Of a stretch of 64,000 bases of DNA, positions 38,800-49,683 are shown piece after piece. The position numbers and the translations under genes are program-made. Under the pieces are notes generated by a model. It searched no databases and was not told the DNA's origin. It saw only the letters and a list, made by a program, of their open reading frames with translations. Each line of letters begins with the position of its first letter. Positions within the stretch are counted from its first letter, which is position 1. The stretch lies in contig JAGWMO010000003.1 of NCBI GenBank assembly GCA_028871675.1, positions 13,342 through 77,341 of the forward strand, given 5' to 3'. This DNA is from Betaproteobacteria bacterium (GTDB taxonomy: Bacteria > Pseudomonadota > Gammaproteobacteria > Burkholderiales > Burkholderiaceae_C).

Positions 38800-40221
38800 T
38801 TACTTGTGGGCAACGTCCAGCTTGTCGACCGTGTCGAACTCGAACTTGATTTCTTTCCACGTTTCCATGGCGATCTTCAGTTCCGGGCTGTGCGCGGCGG
38901 CGGCGGTGAGAATGTCCTTGCCTTCCTTCTCGATCGGACGGCCTTCGTTGCGGGCCTGGACGCAGGCCTCGAGTGCCACGCGGTTTGCAGCAGCGCCGGC
39001 GGCGTTGCCCCATGGGTGGCCGAGCGTGCCGCCACCGAACTGCAGGCAGGCGTCGTCGCCAAAGATGGCGACCAGCGCTGGCATGTGCCAGACGTGAATG
39101 CCGCCCGAAGCGACGGGGAACACGCCGGGCATCGAACCCCAGTCCTGATCAAAGAACAGACCACGGCTGCGATCTTCCTTGATGAAATCGTCACGCATGG
39201 TGTCAATCCAGCCCAGGGTTGCCTCGCGGTCGCCTTCGAGCTTGCCGACGACGGTACCCGAGTGCAGGTGATCGCCACCCGACAGGCGCAAGCACTTCGC
39301 GAGGACGCGAAAGTGGATGCCATGATGTGGGTTGCGGTCAAGCACGGCGTGCATGGCGCGGTGAATGTGCAGCAGCATGCCGTTGTCGCGGCACCAGTTC
39401 GCGAGGCTGGTGTTGGCGGTGAAACCACCGGTCAAGAAGTCGTGCATGATGATGGGAGCGCCGAGTTCTTTGGCGAATTCAGCACGCTTGAACATCTCTT
39501 CGACGGTCGGTGCGGTCACGTTCAGATAGTGGCCCTTGCGTTCGCCGGTCTCGCGCTCAGCTTTCTGGCAGGCTTCGACGACGAACTCGAAACGGTTGCG
39601 CCAACGCATGAAGGGCTGGCTGTTGACGTTCTCATCGTCCTTGGTCAGGTCCAGGCCGCCGCGCAGGCATTCGTACACGGCACGGCCATAGTTCTTGGCA
39701 GACAGACCCAGTTTGGGCTTGATGGTGCAACCCAACAGGGCGCGGCCATATTTGTTGAGAATGTCGCGTTCGACCTGGATGCCCTGGGGCGGGCCGCCGC
39801 AGGTCTTGACGTAGGCGATCGGGAAGCGCACGTCTTCCAGGCGCAGGGCGCGCAGCGCCTTGAAGCCGAACACGTTGCCCACCAGCGAGGTCAGCACGTT
39901 GACGACCGAACCTTCTTCGAACAGATCGATCGGATAAGCGACGAAAGCGTAGAAGCAGGTGTCGTCGCCAGGCACGTCTTCAATGTGATAAGCGCGGCCT
40001 TTGTAGTAGTCGAGGTCGGTCAGCAGATCGGTCCAGACCGTGGTCCAGGTGCCGGTGGACGATTCCGCGGCCACGGCTGCGGCCACCTCTTCACGCGGCA
40101 CGCCAGCTTGTGGCGTGATCTTGAAGCACGCAAGAATATCGGTGTCCAGCGGCGTGTAATCGGGGGTCCAATAGGTTTGCCGGTATTCCTTCACACCGGC
40201 GTTATAGGTTTTCGTGGCCAT
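38800..40221 (-). CDS. cbbL: RuBisCO large subunit, form I (473 aa)
   Basis: ATG at 40221. Motifs [33 protein letters not shown] and [18 protein letters not shown]. Confidence 0.97.
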   Translation of the reverse strand: MATKTYNAGVKEYRQTYWTPDYTPLDTDILACFKITPQAGVPREEVAAAVAAESSTGTWTTVWTDLLTDLDYYKGRAYHIEDVPGDDTCFYAFVAYPIDLFEEGSVVNVLTSLVGNVFGFKALRALRLEDVRFPIAYVKTCGGPPQGIQVERDILNKYGRALLGCTIKPKLGLSAKNYGRAVYECLRGGLDLTKDDENVNSQPFMRWRNRFEFVVEACQKAERETGERKGHYLNVTAPTVEEMFKRAEFAKELGAPIIMHDFLTGGFTANTSLANWCRDNGMLLHIHRAMHAVLDRNPHHGIHFRVLAKCLRLSGGDHLHSGTVVGKLEGDREATLGWIDTMRDDFIKEDRSRGLFFDQDWGSMPGVFPVASGGIHVWHMPALVAIFGDDACLQFGGGTLGHPWGNAAGAAANRVALEACVQARNEGRPIEKEGKDILTAAAAHSPELKIAMETWKEIKFEFDTVDKLDVAHK

Positions 40222-40346
40222 GAAAAACTCCTTGCTAGATTGAGACGAAAGCCTTCCCGACACGTGTGAGATGGCATGGTGCCCGGACGAGCAAGCGAAC
40301 TGTAGATGGCTTTGATTGCAAAAAATAATTGTTTTTACGCTACGAC

Positions 40347-40368
40347 AACATAGATAATCATCTATGTT
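40347..40368. promoter_or_regulatory. perfect 9-bp inverted repeat in the cbbR-cbbL divergent control region (candidate CbbR site)
   Basis: AACATAGAT-AATC-ATCTATGTT. AT-rich and contains a LysR-type T-N11-A core (TAGATAATCATCTA). Lies 28 nt upstream of the cbbR start. Confidence 0.5.
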
Positions 40369-40395
40369 AAATATTGCGATGCAGCAATCTCGTCT

Positions 40396-41388
40396 ATGCG
40401 ACACGCCACCCTGCGCCAATTCAAAGTGTTCGAGTCCATTGCTCGCTTGCGCAGCGTCACGCGCGCCGCCGAGGAGCTGCACCTGACCCAGCCCACGGTC
40501 TCGATCCAGCTCAAGCAACTGTCCGAGATCGTCGGCCTGCCGCTGCTGGAACAGGTCGGGAAAAAGCTGTACCTGACCGATGCCGGGCAGGAGTTGTTGA
40601 AGGTCTGCCAGACCATGTTCGACAACCTGGACCGGTTCGAGATGGTGGTGTCCGACTTCAAAGGGACCAAGGCCGGACGCCTGCGCCTGTCGGTCATCAC
40701 CACCGCGCAGTACTTCATTCCCCGCCTGCTCGGGCGTTTTTTCGAGCGCTACCCCGGCATCGAAGTCTCACTGGAGGTCACCAACCGCGGCAAGGTGCTG
40801 CAGCGTCTGAGCGACAACGCCGACGATCTGTACGTGCTGGGCCAGCCACCCGAGCACATGGATGTGCGCGCCGAGGCGTTTCTCGACAACCCGCTGGTGG
40901 TTGTGGCCCCGCACGAACACCCCCTGGCACTGGAGCGCAACGTCACCCTGCCGCGTTTGGCGCAAGAATTTTTCCTCATTCGCGAGCCTGGCTCGGGCAC
41001 GAGGCTCGCCGCAGAGAACCATTTCAGGGATCACGGCTTGGCGCTCAAGGTGCGCATGGAACTGGGCAGCAACGAAGCCATCAAGCTCGCGGTCGCGGGT
41101 GGTTTGGGACTTGCGGTGCTATCCGCTCACACTCTGGCGCTGGAGAAGAACAGCGACGAGCTCACGGTGCTGGACGTGCAGGGTTTTCCCATTCGCCGCC
41201 AGTGGTACGTGCTGCGCCCAGCCGACAAGCAACTCTCCGTGGTGGCACAGACGTTCCTGGATTTCATGCTGAGCGAGAGCCAGGCCATGGCGCAAAGCTA
41301 CCTGCCGCAGATTCCCGCCTTCATGCCGCCCGCGCCAAGCAGCCAAGCGAGGACGCCGTCAAAACCCAGACAGCGGCGTGCGTCCTAG
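40396..41388 (+). CDS. cbbR: LysR-family regulator of the cbb operon
   Basis: [42 protein letters not shown]. Divergent from cbbL. Confidence 0.9.
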   Translation: MRHATLRQFKVFESIARLRSVTRAAEELHLTQPTVSIQLKQLSEIVGLPLLEQVGKKLYLTDAGQELLKVCQTMFDNLDRFEMVVSDFKGTKAGRLRLSVITTAQYFIPRLLGRFFERYPGIEVSLEVTNRGKVLQRLSDNADDLYVLGQPPEHMDVRAEAFLDNPLVVVAPHEHPLALERNVTLPRLAQEFFLIREPGSGTRLAAENHFRDHGLALKVRMELGSNEAIKLAVAGGLGLAVLSAHTLALEKNSDELTVLDVQGFPIRRQWYVLRPADKQLSVVAQTFLDFMLSESQAMAQSYLPQIPAFMPPAPSSQARTPSKPRQRRAS

Positions 41389-41423
41389 GGCCGTGTGCAA
41401 AGCACGCGGAGTCGTGCGCGGCT

Positions 41424-42092
41424 TCAGCCGGCCTGGCGCAAGCCGTCCAGGGCGTGGGCGTATTGCGTGATCACGTTGTGCGGCTCGCGCACATTGAAGC
41501 CGAGGTCGTGCAGCAGGCCGTCTTTCAGGCCGTAGACACAGGCATGCACCGTCAGGCGCTGGTGTCGTGCCCAGGCATCCTGCAGCACGGTGCTGCGGCA
41601 GATATTGTGGGCCTGCTCCAAGGCGTTGAGTTCGCACAGCCGGTCGTGCCGCGTCTGCGCGTCGGGCAGGCTGTCGAGCAAGGCCAGGTGACGCTCCATC
41701 ACATCGCCCACATGGCCCAGCCAGTTGTCGGCGAGCCCGACCCGGGCGTTGTCCAGCACGGCCTTGATCCCGCCGCAGCCATAGTGACCCACCACCAGGA
41801 TGTGTTCGACCCTGAGCACATCGACTGCGAACTGCAGGGTGGACAGGGCGTTGAGATCGGAGTGCGGCACCACGTTCGCCACATTGCGGTGAACGAACAC
41901 CTCGCCCGGCGCCAGGTCGATGACCTCGTTCGCAGGGACGCGCGAATCCGAACAGCCCACCCAGAAATACTTGGGCGCCTGCTGCTGTGCCAGCGACTGG
42001 AAAAAACCCGGTTTGCTGCTGTTGGTTCGATCCACCCAGCGCTGGTTATTGCTGAACAGCAGGGCGTAGTCGGGGTCTTGGGAAAATGGCAT
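41424..42092 (-). CDS. can: beta-class carbonic anhydrase
   Basis: Motifs VGCSDSRVP, HRNVAN and VVGHYGCGG. 222 aa. Confidence 0.9.
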   Translation of the reverse strand: MPFSQDPDYALLFSNNQRWVDRTNSSKPGFFQSLAQQQAPKYFWVGCSDSRVPANEVIDLAPGEVFVHRNVANVVPHSDLNALSTLQFAVDVLRVEHILVVGHYGCGGIKAVLDNARVGLADNWLGHVGDVMERHLALLDSLPDAQTRHDRLCELNALEQAHNICRSTVLQDAWARHQRLTVHACVYGLKDGLLHDLGFNVREPHNVITQYAHALDGLRQAG

Positions 42093-42185
42093 GGTTTGAA
42101 CTGGTGCGGTGGCACCGGCGCGTACTGCGCCGGCAGCAACATCCTAGCCCAGGCCGACGCCCGGAAATTGCACCGGGTTTCAGCG

Positions 42186-42560
42186 TTACAGCGCCAGCCG
42201 CCCGCTCAGGGTCTGCCACCACATCACCCAGTCGCCCATCAAGCTGTAGACCGGTCGCTTGAATGAAGCCGGGCGGTTGTGCTCGAAACCATAATGACCG
42301 ACCCAGGCGAAGGCATAGCCGCAAACCACGCCAGCCGGCAGCCACCAGGGATTGCCGGTGAACAGCAGGAGCAACAGGCAGATCAGGGCCAGCGAGGAGC
42401 CGACGACATGCAACCGCCGACAGACCCGGTTGCGGTGCTCGGCCAGGTAGAGCGGATAGAACTCGGCGAAGGTTTTGCACTGCGCCAGACGTGTCGGGTC
42501 GGGTGCGGTGATCGACGACGGCGCGGCGCGGGAGTCGTCGGCTTGGTGACGGGCACGCAT
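42186..42560 (-). CDS. DUF962 (Mpo1-like) membrane protein
   Basis: FAEFYPLYLAEHRNRVCRRLHVVG...AWVGHYGFEHNRPASF is characteristic of DUF962. Confidence 0.6.
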   Translation of the reverse strand: MRARHQADDSRAAPSSITAPDPTRLAQCKTFAEFYPLYLAEHRNRVCRRLHVVGSSLALICLLLLLFTGNPWWLPAGVVCGYAFAWVGHYGFEHNRPASFKRPVYSLMGDWVMWWQTLSGRLAL

Positions 42561-42642
42561 GACAAGCCACCTCCATCAGGACTGCGGGCGGTTCGCCCAC
42601 GACAAGCATAGACGGAAACAGCCGAATTGCCGGGCTGGGGCG

Positions 42643-43605
42643 TCATGCCGCGGCGCCAAGCCGCTGCCGTGCAGCGCGGTACTCCCGGCTGAGCTTGGCC
42701 ACGAGTTCGGCTGCCGGCAAGACGCGGTCGATCACGCCGATGCCCTGGCCGCAGCCCCAGATGTCTTTCCACGCCTTCGCGCCGCCGATGGCGGAGGCGA
42801 AATCCATCTTGCTCGGATCGCCCTCCGGCAGGTGGTCCGGGTCCATGCCCGCGGCGACGACCGAACCGCGCAGGTAGTTGCCGTGGATGCCGGTGAACAG
42901 GTTGGAGTAGACGATATCTTGGGCGCTGCTGCCCACGATCATCTGCTTGTAGCCGTCTACCGCGCGCGCTTCTTCGGTGGGGATGAAGGCGCTACCGATG
43001 TAAGCCAGATCGGCCCCCATGGCCTGTGCCGCCAGCACCGCGTCGCCGCTGGCGATGGCCCCCGAGAGCACGATGGGGCCGTCGAACCAGGTCCGCGTCT
43101 CCTGCACCAGGGCAAAGGGCGATTGCACGCCGGCATGCCCGCCCGCGCCGGTGGCCACGAGGATGAGCCCATCGGCCCCTTTCTCGATGGCCTTGTGCGC
43201 GAAAGCCTGGTTGATGACGTCGTGCAGCACGATGCCGCCCCAGGCATGCACACCCTGGTTCACCTCGGGCCGCGCACCCAGCGAGGTGATGACGATGGGG
43301 ACACGGTACCTGGCGCAAGCCAGCATGTCGTGTTCCAGCCGGTCATTGCTGCGGTGCACGATCTGGTTCACCGCAAACGGTGCGGCGGGTTGATCTGGAT
43401 GGGCCTTATCCCACGCCGCCAGCGCCTCGGTGATCTCGGCCAGCCATTCATCGAGTTGCGAGGCGGGTCGTGCGTTGAGTGCTGGAAAGCTGCCGACGAT
43501 GCCGGCCGTGCACTGCGCAATCACCAGCTTGGGGTTGGAGATGATGAACAGCGGCGAACCGATGACAGGCAAGCGCAGCGTGGACAAAACAGCGGGGAGC
43601 GCCAT
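42643..43605 (-). CDS. nitronate monooxygenase / NMO-family FMN oxidoreductase
   Basis: LRLPVIGSPLFIISNPKLVIAQCTAGIVGSFPALN and GAGGHAG motifs. 320 aa. Confidence 0.8.
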   Translation of the reverse strand: MALPAVLSTLRLPVIGSPLFIISNPKLVIAQCTAGIVGSFPALNARPASQLDEWLAEITEALAAWDKAHPDQPAAPFAVNQIVHRSNDRLEHDMLACARYRVPIVITSLGARPEVNQGVHAWGGIVLHDVINQAFAHKAIEKGADGLILVATGAGGHAGVQSPFALVQETRTWFDGPIVLSGAIASGDAVLAAQAMGADLAYIGSAFIPTEEARAVDGYKQMIVGSSAQDIVYSNLFTGIHGNYLRGSVVAAGMDPDHLPEGDPSKMDFASAIGGAKAWKDIWGCGQGIGVIDRVLPAAELVAKLSREYRAARQRLGAAA

Positions 43606-43607
43606 GG

Positions 43608-45392
43608 TCAGAACGCCTCCGCAGGCAAGGCCATCACGCTGTGCGCGCCCTGCAGCACTGCGTCATGCCATGCGCCGCAGCGGGGCAGGATGTGGGCGCA
43701 ATAGAAGGCTGCCGTGCTGCGCTTGGCCTGGGCAAAAGCGGCCTCCTCTGCGGGCAGGCCGGCCGTGGCCAGCCAGGCTTGCGCCAGCTGCCAGCCGGCC
43801 ATCAGCGTGCCCGCCAGCATCAGGTATGGCACGCTGCCCCCGTAGGCGGCGTTGGGATCGGACTTGCCGTTGGCGGCGATGAACTGCACAACCCTCTCGT
43901 AGGCGGCGCGAGCGGCGGCAAGCTGCACGGCCATGGCGCTGGCCTGGGGGTCGCCCGTGGCCTTGAGTGCTTCTTCGGTCTGCCCCACGCGGCGGGCAAA
44001 GTTCAGCGCCAAGGCGCCGGCATCGCGCACGGTTTTGCGACCCACCAGGTCGTTGGCCTGAATCGCCGTGGTGCCTTCGTAGATGGTGAGGATGCGCGCA
44101 TCGCGGTAAAACTGGGCCGCACCGGTTTCCTCGATGAAGCCCATGCCGCCGTGCACCTGCACCCCGAGGCTGGCCACCTCGATGCTCATTTCGGTGGAGA
44201 AGCCCTTGACCAGCGGCACGAGGAATTCATACGCGGCCTCGTGCGCGGCGCGTTGGTGCGCGTCGGCATGGGCGCGGCCTACGTCATGCAGGCCGGCCGC
44301 CACCAGGGCCAGCGCGCGCGCGCCTTCGGTGAGGGCGCGCATGGTCATGAGCATGCGACGCACGTCCGGGTGATGGACGATGGCCACGGACTGCGCCGCG
44401 CTGCCATCCACCGGGCGCGACTGCACGCGATCTTTCGCATAAGCGGCCGCCTTTTGATAGGCGACCTCCGCCACCGCGATGCCCTGCAGGCCCACGGCGT
44501 AGCGTGCAGCGTTCATCATGATGAACATGTATTCCAGGCCGCGATTGGCCTCGCCGATCAACTCGCCCAACGCCCCCTCGCCCACCGCACCCTTGCCGTC
44601 GCCGAACACCAGCACGGCGGTCGGACTGGCCTTGATGCCGAGCTTGTGTTCGATGGAGGCGCACCACACATCGTTGCGCCGTCCGTCGGCCAGAACCTTG
44701 GGCACGATGAACAACGAAATGCCCTTGACCCCGGCTGGGGCGTCCGGCAGGCGGGCGAGCACCAGATGGACGATGTTCTCGGCCATGTCGTGCTCGCCAT
44801 AGGTGATGTAGATTTTTTGGCCGAAAACGCGGTAGCTGCCGTCCCCCTGGGGCTCGGCCCGGGTGCGCACCAGCGCAAGATCGGAACCCGCCTGCGGCTC
44901 GGTCAGGTTCATGGTGCCGGTCCACTCGCCGGAAATCAGCTTCGGGATGTAGCGCTGTTTCTGATCGTCGGACCCCGCGGTGAGCAAGGCCTCGATGGCG
45001 CCATCGGACAACAGCGGGCAGAGCGCGAAGCTCAGATTGGCGCTGTTGAGCATTTCTGTGCAGGCCGCGGAAATGCACTTGGGCAGGCCCTGGCCGCTGA
45101 ACTCCACCGGATGCTGCAAACCCTGCCAGCCACCCTCGGCGAACTGCTTGAACGCCTGCTGGAAGCCCGGCGTGGTGGTCACCACCCCGTCCTTCCACGT
45201 GCTGGGCTGCAGGTCACCGGCGCGGTTGAGCGGCGCGACCACGTCCTGGTTGAACCTGGCGCACTCCTCCAGCACGGCGCGGGCGGTATCGGGCGTGGCG
45301 TCCTCGAAGCCGGACAGTTTGGCAATGGAATCGAGGCCTGCGAGATGCTCGAGATCGAACATCATGTCGCGGACCGGGGCGATGAAGCTCAT
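43608..45392 (-). CDS. long-type acyl-CoA dehydrogenase (594 aa)
   Basis: ATG at 45392 is preceded by GGAGA. ACAD N, M and C domains plus a C-terminal extension (TEPQAGSDL, IHGGMGFIEE-like VHGGMGFIEETG). Confidence 0.85.
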   Translation of the reverse strand: MSFIAPVRDMMFDLEHLAGLDSIAKLSGFEDATPDTARAVLEECARFNQDVVAPLNRAGDLQPSTWKDGVVTTTPGFQQAFKQFAEGGWQGLQHPVEFSGQGLPKCISAACTEMLNSANLSFALCPLLSDGAIEALLTAGSDDQKQRYIPKLISGEWTGTMNLTEPQAGSDLALVRTRAEPQGDGSYRVFGQKIYITYGEHDMAENIVHLVLARLPDAPAGVKGISLFIVPKVLADGRRNDVWCASIEHKLGIKASPTAVLVFGDGKGAVGEGALGELIGEANRGLEYMFIMMNAARYAVGLQGIAVAEVAYQKAAAYAKDRVQSRPVDGSAAQSVAIVHHPDVRRMLMTMRALTEGARALALVAAGLHDVGRAHADAHQRAAHEAAYEFLVPLVKGFSTEMSIEVASLGVQVHGGMGFIEETGAAQFYRDARILTIYEGTTAIQANDLVGRKTVRDAGALALNFARRVGQTEEALKATGDPQASAMAVQLAAARAAYERVVQFIAANGKSDPNAAYGGSVPYLMLAGTLMAGWQLAQAWLATAGLPAEEAAFAQAKRSTAAFYCAHILPRCGAWHDAVLQGAHSVMALPAEAF

Positions 45393-45468
45393 GCGAGTCT
45401 CCGGCTTGGGGCTGGTTGCGGGCGGGCCGTCGACGCGGCCTGTGCGGTTTGTGAACGCGCTCGATGCG

Positions 45469-46401
45469 TCAGAGTTGTTGCACCATTGCCGGCACGGCGG
45501 TGAACAGATCGGCCACCAGGCCATAGTCGGCCACACCGAAAATCGGCGCTTCTTCGTCCTTGTTGATGGCGACGATGACCTTGCTGTCCTTCATCCCGGC
45601 GAGGTGCTGGATGGCGCCGGAGATGCCGACCGCGACATAGAGCTGGGGCGCCACGATCTTGCCGGTCTGCCCCACCTGCCAGTCGTTGGGCGCGTAGCCC
45701 GCGTCCACCGCGGCGCGGCTGGCTCCCATGGCGGCGCCGAGTTTGTCGGCCAGCGGGGTCATCACCGCCTCGAAGTTTTCCTTGCTGCCCAGGCCGCGTC
45801 CGCCGGAGACGATGATCTTTGCGGCGGTGAGTTCGGGCCGTTCGCTCTTGGTGGTTTCGCGCCCGACCAGGCTGGACAGGCCGGTGTCGGCCACCGCGGC
45901 AATGCTGTCGACCGCGGCGCTGCCGCCGGTGGCGGCGACCGGATCGAAGCCGGTGGTGCGCACGGTGATGACCAGCGTCTTGTCGGTGCTCTGCACTGTG
46001 GCGATGGCATTGCCGGCGTAGATCGGGCGGTCGAAGGTATCGGGGCCGAGCACATGGATGATGTCGGACACTTGCGCCACATCGAGCAGGGCGGCCACGC
46101 GCGGCGCGACGTTCTTGCCGAAAGCCGTGGCGGGGGCGAGGATGTGGCGGTAGGCGGGCGCGAGTGCCAGCACCTGCGCCGCGACGTTCTCGCCCAGACC
46201 GGCACCGAGGTGCGGCGCGTCGGCGCAGATCACCCTGGCCACGCCGGCGGCTTGTGCGGCGGCCTGCGCCACCGCGGCGCAGCCTTCGCCCGCGACGAGC
46301 ACATGCACCTGTGGGTCACACAGCAGCGCCGCGGCGATGGTGTTGAGCGTGGAGGGTTTGAGAGCGTGGTTATCGTGTTCGGCGATGACAAGTGCAGTCA
46401 T
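45469..46401 (-). CDS. etfA: electron transfer flavoprotein alpha subunit
   Basis: 310 aa. Motifs VSGGRGLGS and [19 protein letters not shown]. Confidence 0.9.
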   Translation of the reverse strand: MTALVIAEHDNHALKPSTLNTIAAALLCDPQVHVLVAGEGCAAVAQAAAQAAGVARVICADAPHLGAGLGENVAAQVLALAPAYRHILAPATAFGKNVAPRVAALLDVAQVSDIIHVLGPDTFDRPIYAGNAIATVQSTDKTLVITVRTTGFDPVAATGGSAAVDSIAAVADTGLSSLVGRETTKSERPELTAAKIIVSGGRGLGSKENFEAVMTPLADKLGAAMGASRAAVDAGYAPNDWQVGQTGKIVAPQLYVAVGISGAIQHLAGMKDSKVIVAINKDEEAPIFGVADYGLVADLFTAVPAMVQQL

Positions 46402-46495
46402 GGGAAATTCTCGGTGGAATGGCGGGCCGATGGAGGGTATGCCCTTGGGTTGTGTGGCGTGGGTTGCGTGCCGTAGGGCGGGCCCAAAGGGCTGC

Positions 46496-47245
46496 TCAGA
46501 TGACCTTGGCTTCGGTCTTCAGACGGGCGACCAACGTGGCCACATCGGGCACTTTCACACCGGCACCGCGTTTGGGTGGCTCCGCCACCTTCAGCGTTTT
46601 CAGCCTGGGTGCCACATCCACGCCCAGATCATCCGGCTTGAGGATGTCGACCTGCTTTTTCTTTGCCTTCATGATGTTGGGCAGGGTGACGTAGCGTGGC
46701 TCGTTCAGGCGCAGATCGGTGGTGATGACGGCGGGCAGCTTCACCGCAAGGGTCTCCAGACCGCCGTCGACCTCGCGCGTGACGTTCGCCCCGGTCGCGC
46801 CCAGTTCCACCTTGGAGGCGAAAGTGGCCTGTGACCAGCCCAGCAAGGCAGCGAGCATCTGCCCGGTCTGGTTGCTGTCGTCGTCGATGGCCTGCTTGCC
46901 GAGAATGACGAGTTGGGCGCCCTCCCGGACGGCGACGGCCTGAAGCAGCTTGGCCACGGCCAGCGGCTGCAGTTCGGTGTCGGTCTCCACCAGCACGCCG
47001 CGATCGGCGCCGATGGCCATGGCGGTGCGCAGGGTTTCGCCGCAGGCGGCAAGGCCGCAACTCACGGCAATGATCTCGCTGGCCAGGCCCTTTTCCTTCA
47101 AGCGCACCGCCTCTTCCACGGCAATCTCGTCGAAGGGGTTCATGCTCATCTTCACACCGGCGGTGTCGATGCCGCTGCCGTCCGTTTTGACCCGCACCTT
47201 GACGTTGTAATCAACCACGCGCTTGACCGCGACCAGCACTTTCAT
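46496..47245 (-). CDS. etfB: electron transfer flavoprotein beta subunit
   Basis: [19 protein letters not shown]... 249 aa. Confidence 0.9.
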   Translation of the reverse strand: MKVLVAVKRVVDYNVKVRVKTDGSGIDTAGVKMSMNPFDEIAVEEAVRLKEKGLASEIIAVSCGLAACGETLRTAMAIGADRGVLVETDTELQPLAVAKLLQAVAVREGAQLVILGKQAIDDDSNQTGQMLAALLGWSQATFASKVELGATGANVTREVDGGLETLAVKLPAVITTDLRLNEPRYVTLPNIMKAKKKQVDILKPDDLGVDVAPRLKTLKVAEPPKRGAGVKVPDVATLVARLKTEAKVI

Positions 47246-47380
47246 TCAAGACTCCCGAGGAATGGAAACAACGGCTTGCGAGTATAGGCAGCGCCGCTCT
47301 GGGCCCAGCGGGCACAAGGTCAATGGGCTGAAAAATCGAACGACCGTTCTTTTTTAGTGTATCGGCCCGTGAACGCCGAA

Positions 47381-48712
47381 TCAAGCCCCTGGCGCCGGCG
47401 GCATGGGGTTGTTCTGTGGGGTCACAGGCTCGCCCGGCTCGGGCGCCCGGGGGAGCTCCGGCTTTTGACCTGGGCCCCAATGCAGCACCCGCTGCGGGAA
47501 CGGCAGCTCGACATCGGCAGCGCGGAGTGCGCGCCAGATGGCTAGATTCAAGGCGCCACGGACATTGAGCGTGCCGTTCTCAGGGTCGGCGATCCAGTAG
47601 CCGATGGTGATCTCCAGCCCATCGTTGCCGAAGTTGCTGAGCACGGCGTTGGGCGCTGGATCGTGCAGCACGCGAGCGACCGAGATGGCCGTCTGGCGAA
47701 TGAGCGGAAGCACGACGTCCAGGTCGCTGTCATAGCCCACCGTGACGGTGGTGGACATCCACACATTGGGGTCGGTGTACGACAGATTTTCGATGCGGTT
47801 GGAGATCAGCATCTCGTTGGGCACGATGGATTCGGTGCCGCCGCTGCTGCGCACCACGGTGTAGCGGGTCTTGATGTCCAGAATCTTGCCCTGGAAGGTG
47901 TCCAGGCGCACGTTGTCGCCGACCCGCAGACTGCGTTCCAGGAGGATGACGAAACCCGACACGTAGTTGGCCGCGATGCGCTGCAGGCCCAGCCCCAGGC
48001 CAACGCCCAGGGCGCCGCCGAACACGCCCAGCACGGTGAGGTCGATGCCCACCATCTGCAATGCCACCAGCAAGGCGACGGTGAAGATGCCGGCGCGAAT
48101 CAGGCGCGACAGCACCAGGCGCAGGTTGATGTCCAGCGGCGACGCCAGCAATCTGCTTTCCAGCAGCGACGACACCCACAGGGCCAGGACCAGCGTGATG
48201 GCGATGGAGGCGATGCCGCGCACCAACGTCCAGCCGGTGAGACGCTGGTTGCCGAGATGGAAGGAAAACGCGTCGAGCGCCTCGATGATTTCCGGCAGCG
48301 CCCCGCTCAGATACAGGAACAAGCCCAGCCAGGCCAGCCAGCTCAAGCCGCGCACCAGGAACCGGACGGGTTCGCTGCCCGGAAACGCGCGTTGCGAAGC
48401 CCGGGTCGCAAGCCGGACCAGCAGCCACACCGCCAGAACGGGCAACGCCAGCTTGAGCAAGGGGGCGTTGCGCAGCATGGGCGTGGCATGGCGTGCAAAC
48501 TGCAGCGATAGCAGCGCGACGATCGGCATGCCCACGCTGTCGCCCAGAGCCGCGCGCAGCGCAGCCTTCCAGGTGGCGGCCTCGAGCAGGCGGCGCTCCA
48601 GCCACATGCCCACGACAAGCCCCAGCAGCAAGGCGCCCGCAATCAGCAGCAGTTGCCAGCGCAGTTGCGCCCAGGGATGGTGGAGGACGGCGAGAAACAG
48701 GGGGGATTCCAT
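47381..48712 (-). CDS. MscS-family mechanosensitive channel
   Basis: Multiple TM helices followed by the MscS beta-domain (RVGDNVRLDTFQGKILDIKTRYTVV). Confidence 0.8.
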   Translation of the reverse strand: MESPLFLAVLHHPWAQLRWQLLLIAGALLLGLVVGMWLERRLLEAATWKAALRAALGDSVGMPIVALLSLQFARHATPMLRNAPLLKLALPVLAVWLLVRLATRASQRAFPGSEPVRFLVRGLSWLAWLGLFLYLSGALPEIIEALDAFSFHLGNQRLTGWTLVRGIASIAITLVLALWVSSLLESRLLASPLDINLRLVLSRLIRAGIFTVALLVALQMVGIDLTVLGVFGGALGVGLGLGLQRIAANYVSGFVILLERSLRVGDNVRLDTFQGKILDIKTRYTVVRSSGGTESIVPNEMLISNRIENLSYTDPNVWMSTTVTVGYDSDLDVVLPLIRQTAISVARVLHDPAPNAVLSNFGNDGLEITIGYWIADPENGTLNVRGALNLAIWRALRAADVELPFPQRVLHWGPGQKPELPRAPEPGEPVTPQNNPMPPAPGA

Positions 48713-48833
48713 GGATGCGAGCGGCCAGACTAAAACCGCATGCTATCGGCAGCAAGCGGGCAGCAAGCGCCGAACGTACGCCGCTTGCGCGTCGGCTTGG
48801 CAGCAACGTCGGCTGGCACATCCCCGAGGGTTT

Positions 48834-49637
48834 TCAATGCCCGGCGCGCCACGCTGGTGCGCGTTTGTCGATGAAGGCCTGCACGCCTTCCAGCGCCTCT
48901 TCGGTCATGAAGTTGCAGGTCATGGTCTGGCCCGCCAGTTGGTAGGCACCAGCCATGCCCATTTCGATCTGGCGATAAAACTGCGCCTTGCCCATGGCGA
49001 TGGCCGAAGCCGGCTTGGCCAGAATGCTCGCCACCAGCGCCTCCACCTCGGCGTCCAGCGCCTCGGGCGCGGCCACGCGGTTCACCAGCCCCCATTGCAG
49101 CGCGGTGGCGGCGTCGATGAAATCGCCGGTCAGCAGCATCTCCATGGCCACCTTGCGCGGCACATTACGCGCCAGCGGCACGCTGGGGGTGGAACAGAAC
49201 AAACCGACATTGATGCCCGAGACAGCGAAGCGCGCATCGCTGGCAGCCACCGCCAGGTCGCACTGCGCCACGAGTTGGCAGCCGGCTGCAGTGGCGATGC
49301 CGTGCACCCGGGCGATGACCGGCTGCGGCAGCGCGAGCAGGCCGAGCATGACCTTGCTGCAACGCTCGAACAGATCGCCGCTTTTCTCGGCGCTCGGCTC
49401 GGCGCGCATCTCCTTCAGATCGTGCCCGGCGCAGAAGGCGCGACCGGCGCCCTGAAGGATGACGACGCGCGCCGCCTTATCGTCCTTCAAGGCGTCGATC
49501 TCGGCCTGCAGGGCGGCCAGCAGCGCATCCGACAGGGCGTTGAAAGCCTGCGGCCGGCTGAGGGTGAGCGTCACCACGCCACGCGCGTCGCGGGTTTTGA
49601 GCACCAGAGAGGAATAGGCCTGCAAAACGGCATTCAT
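48834..49637 (-). CDS. enoyl-CoA hydratase/isomerase (crotonase fold)
   Basis: ATG at 49637 is preceded by AGGAG. Motifs RPQAFNALS and FCAGHDLKE. 267 aa. Confidence 0.85.
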   Translation of the reverse strand: MNAVLQAYSSLVLKTRDARGVVTLTLSRPQAFNALSDALLAALQAEIDALKDDKAARVVILQGAGRAFCAGHDLKEMRAEPSAEKSGDLFERCSKVMLGLLALPQPVIARVHGIATAAGCQLVAQCDLAVAASDARFAVSGINVGLFCSTPSVPLARNVPRKVAMEMLLTGDFIDAATALQWGLVNRVAAPEALDAEVEALVASILAKPASAIAMGKAQFYRQIEMGMAGAYQLAGQTMTCNFMTEEALEGVQAFIDKRAPAWRAGH

Positions 49638-49683
49638 GGCAGTCTCCTTGCATCGGAATGTTGAGGATGTTGGCGTGGGCGTC

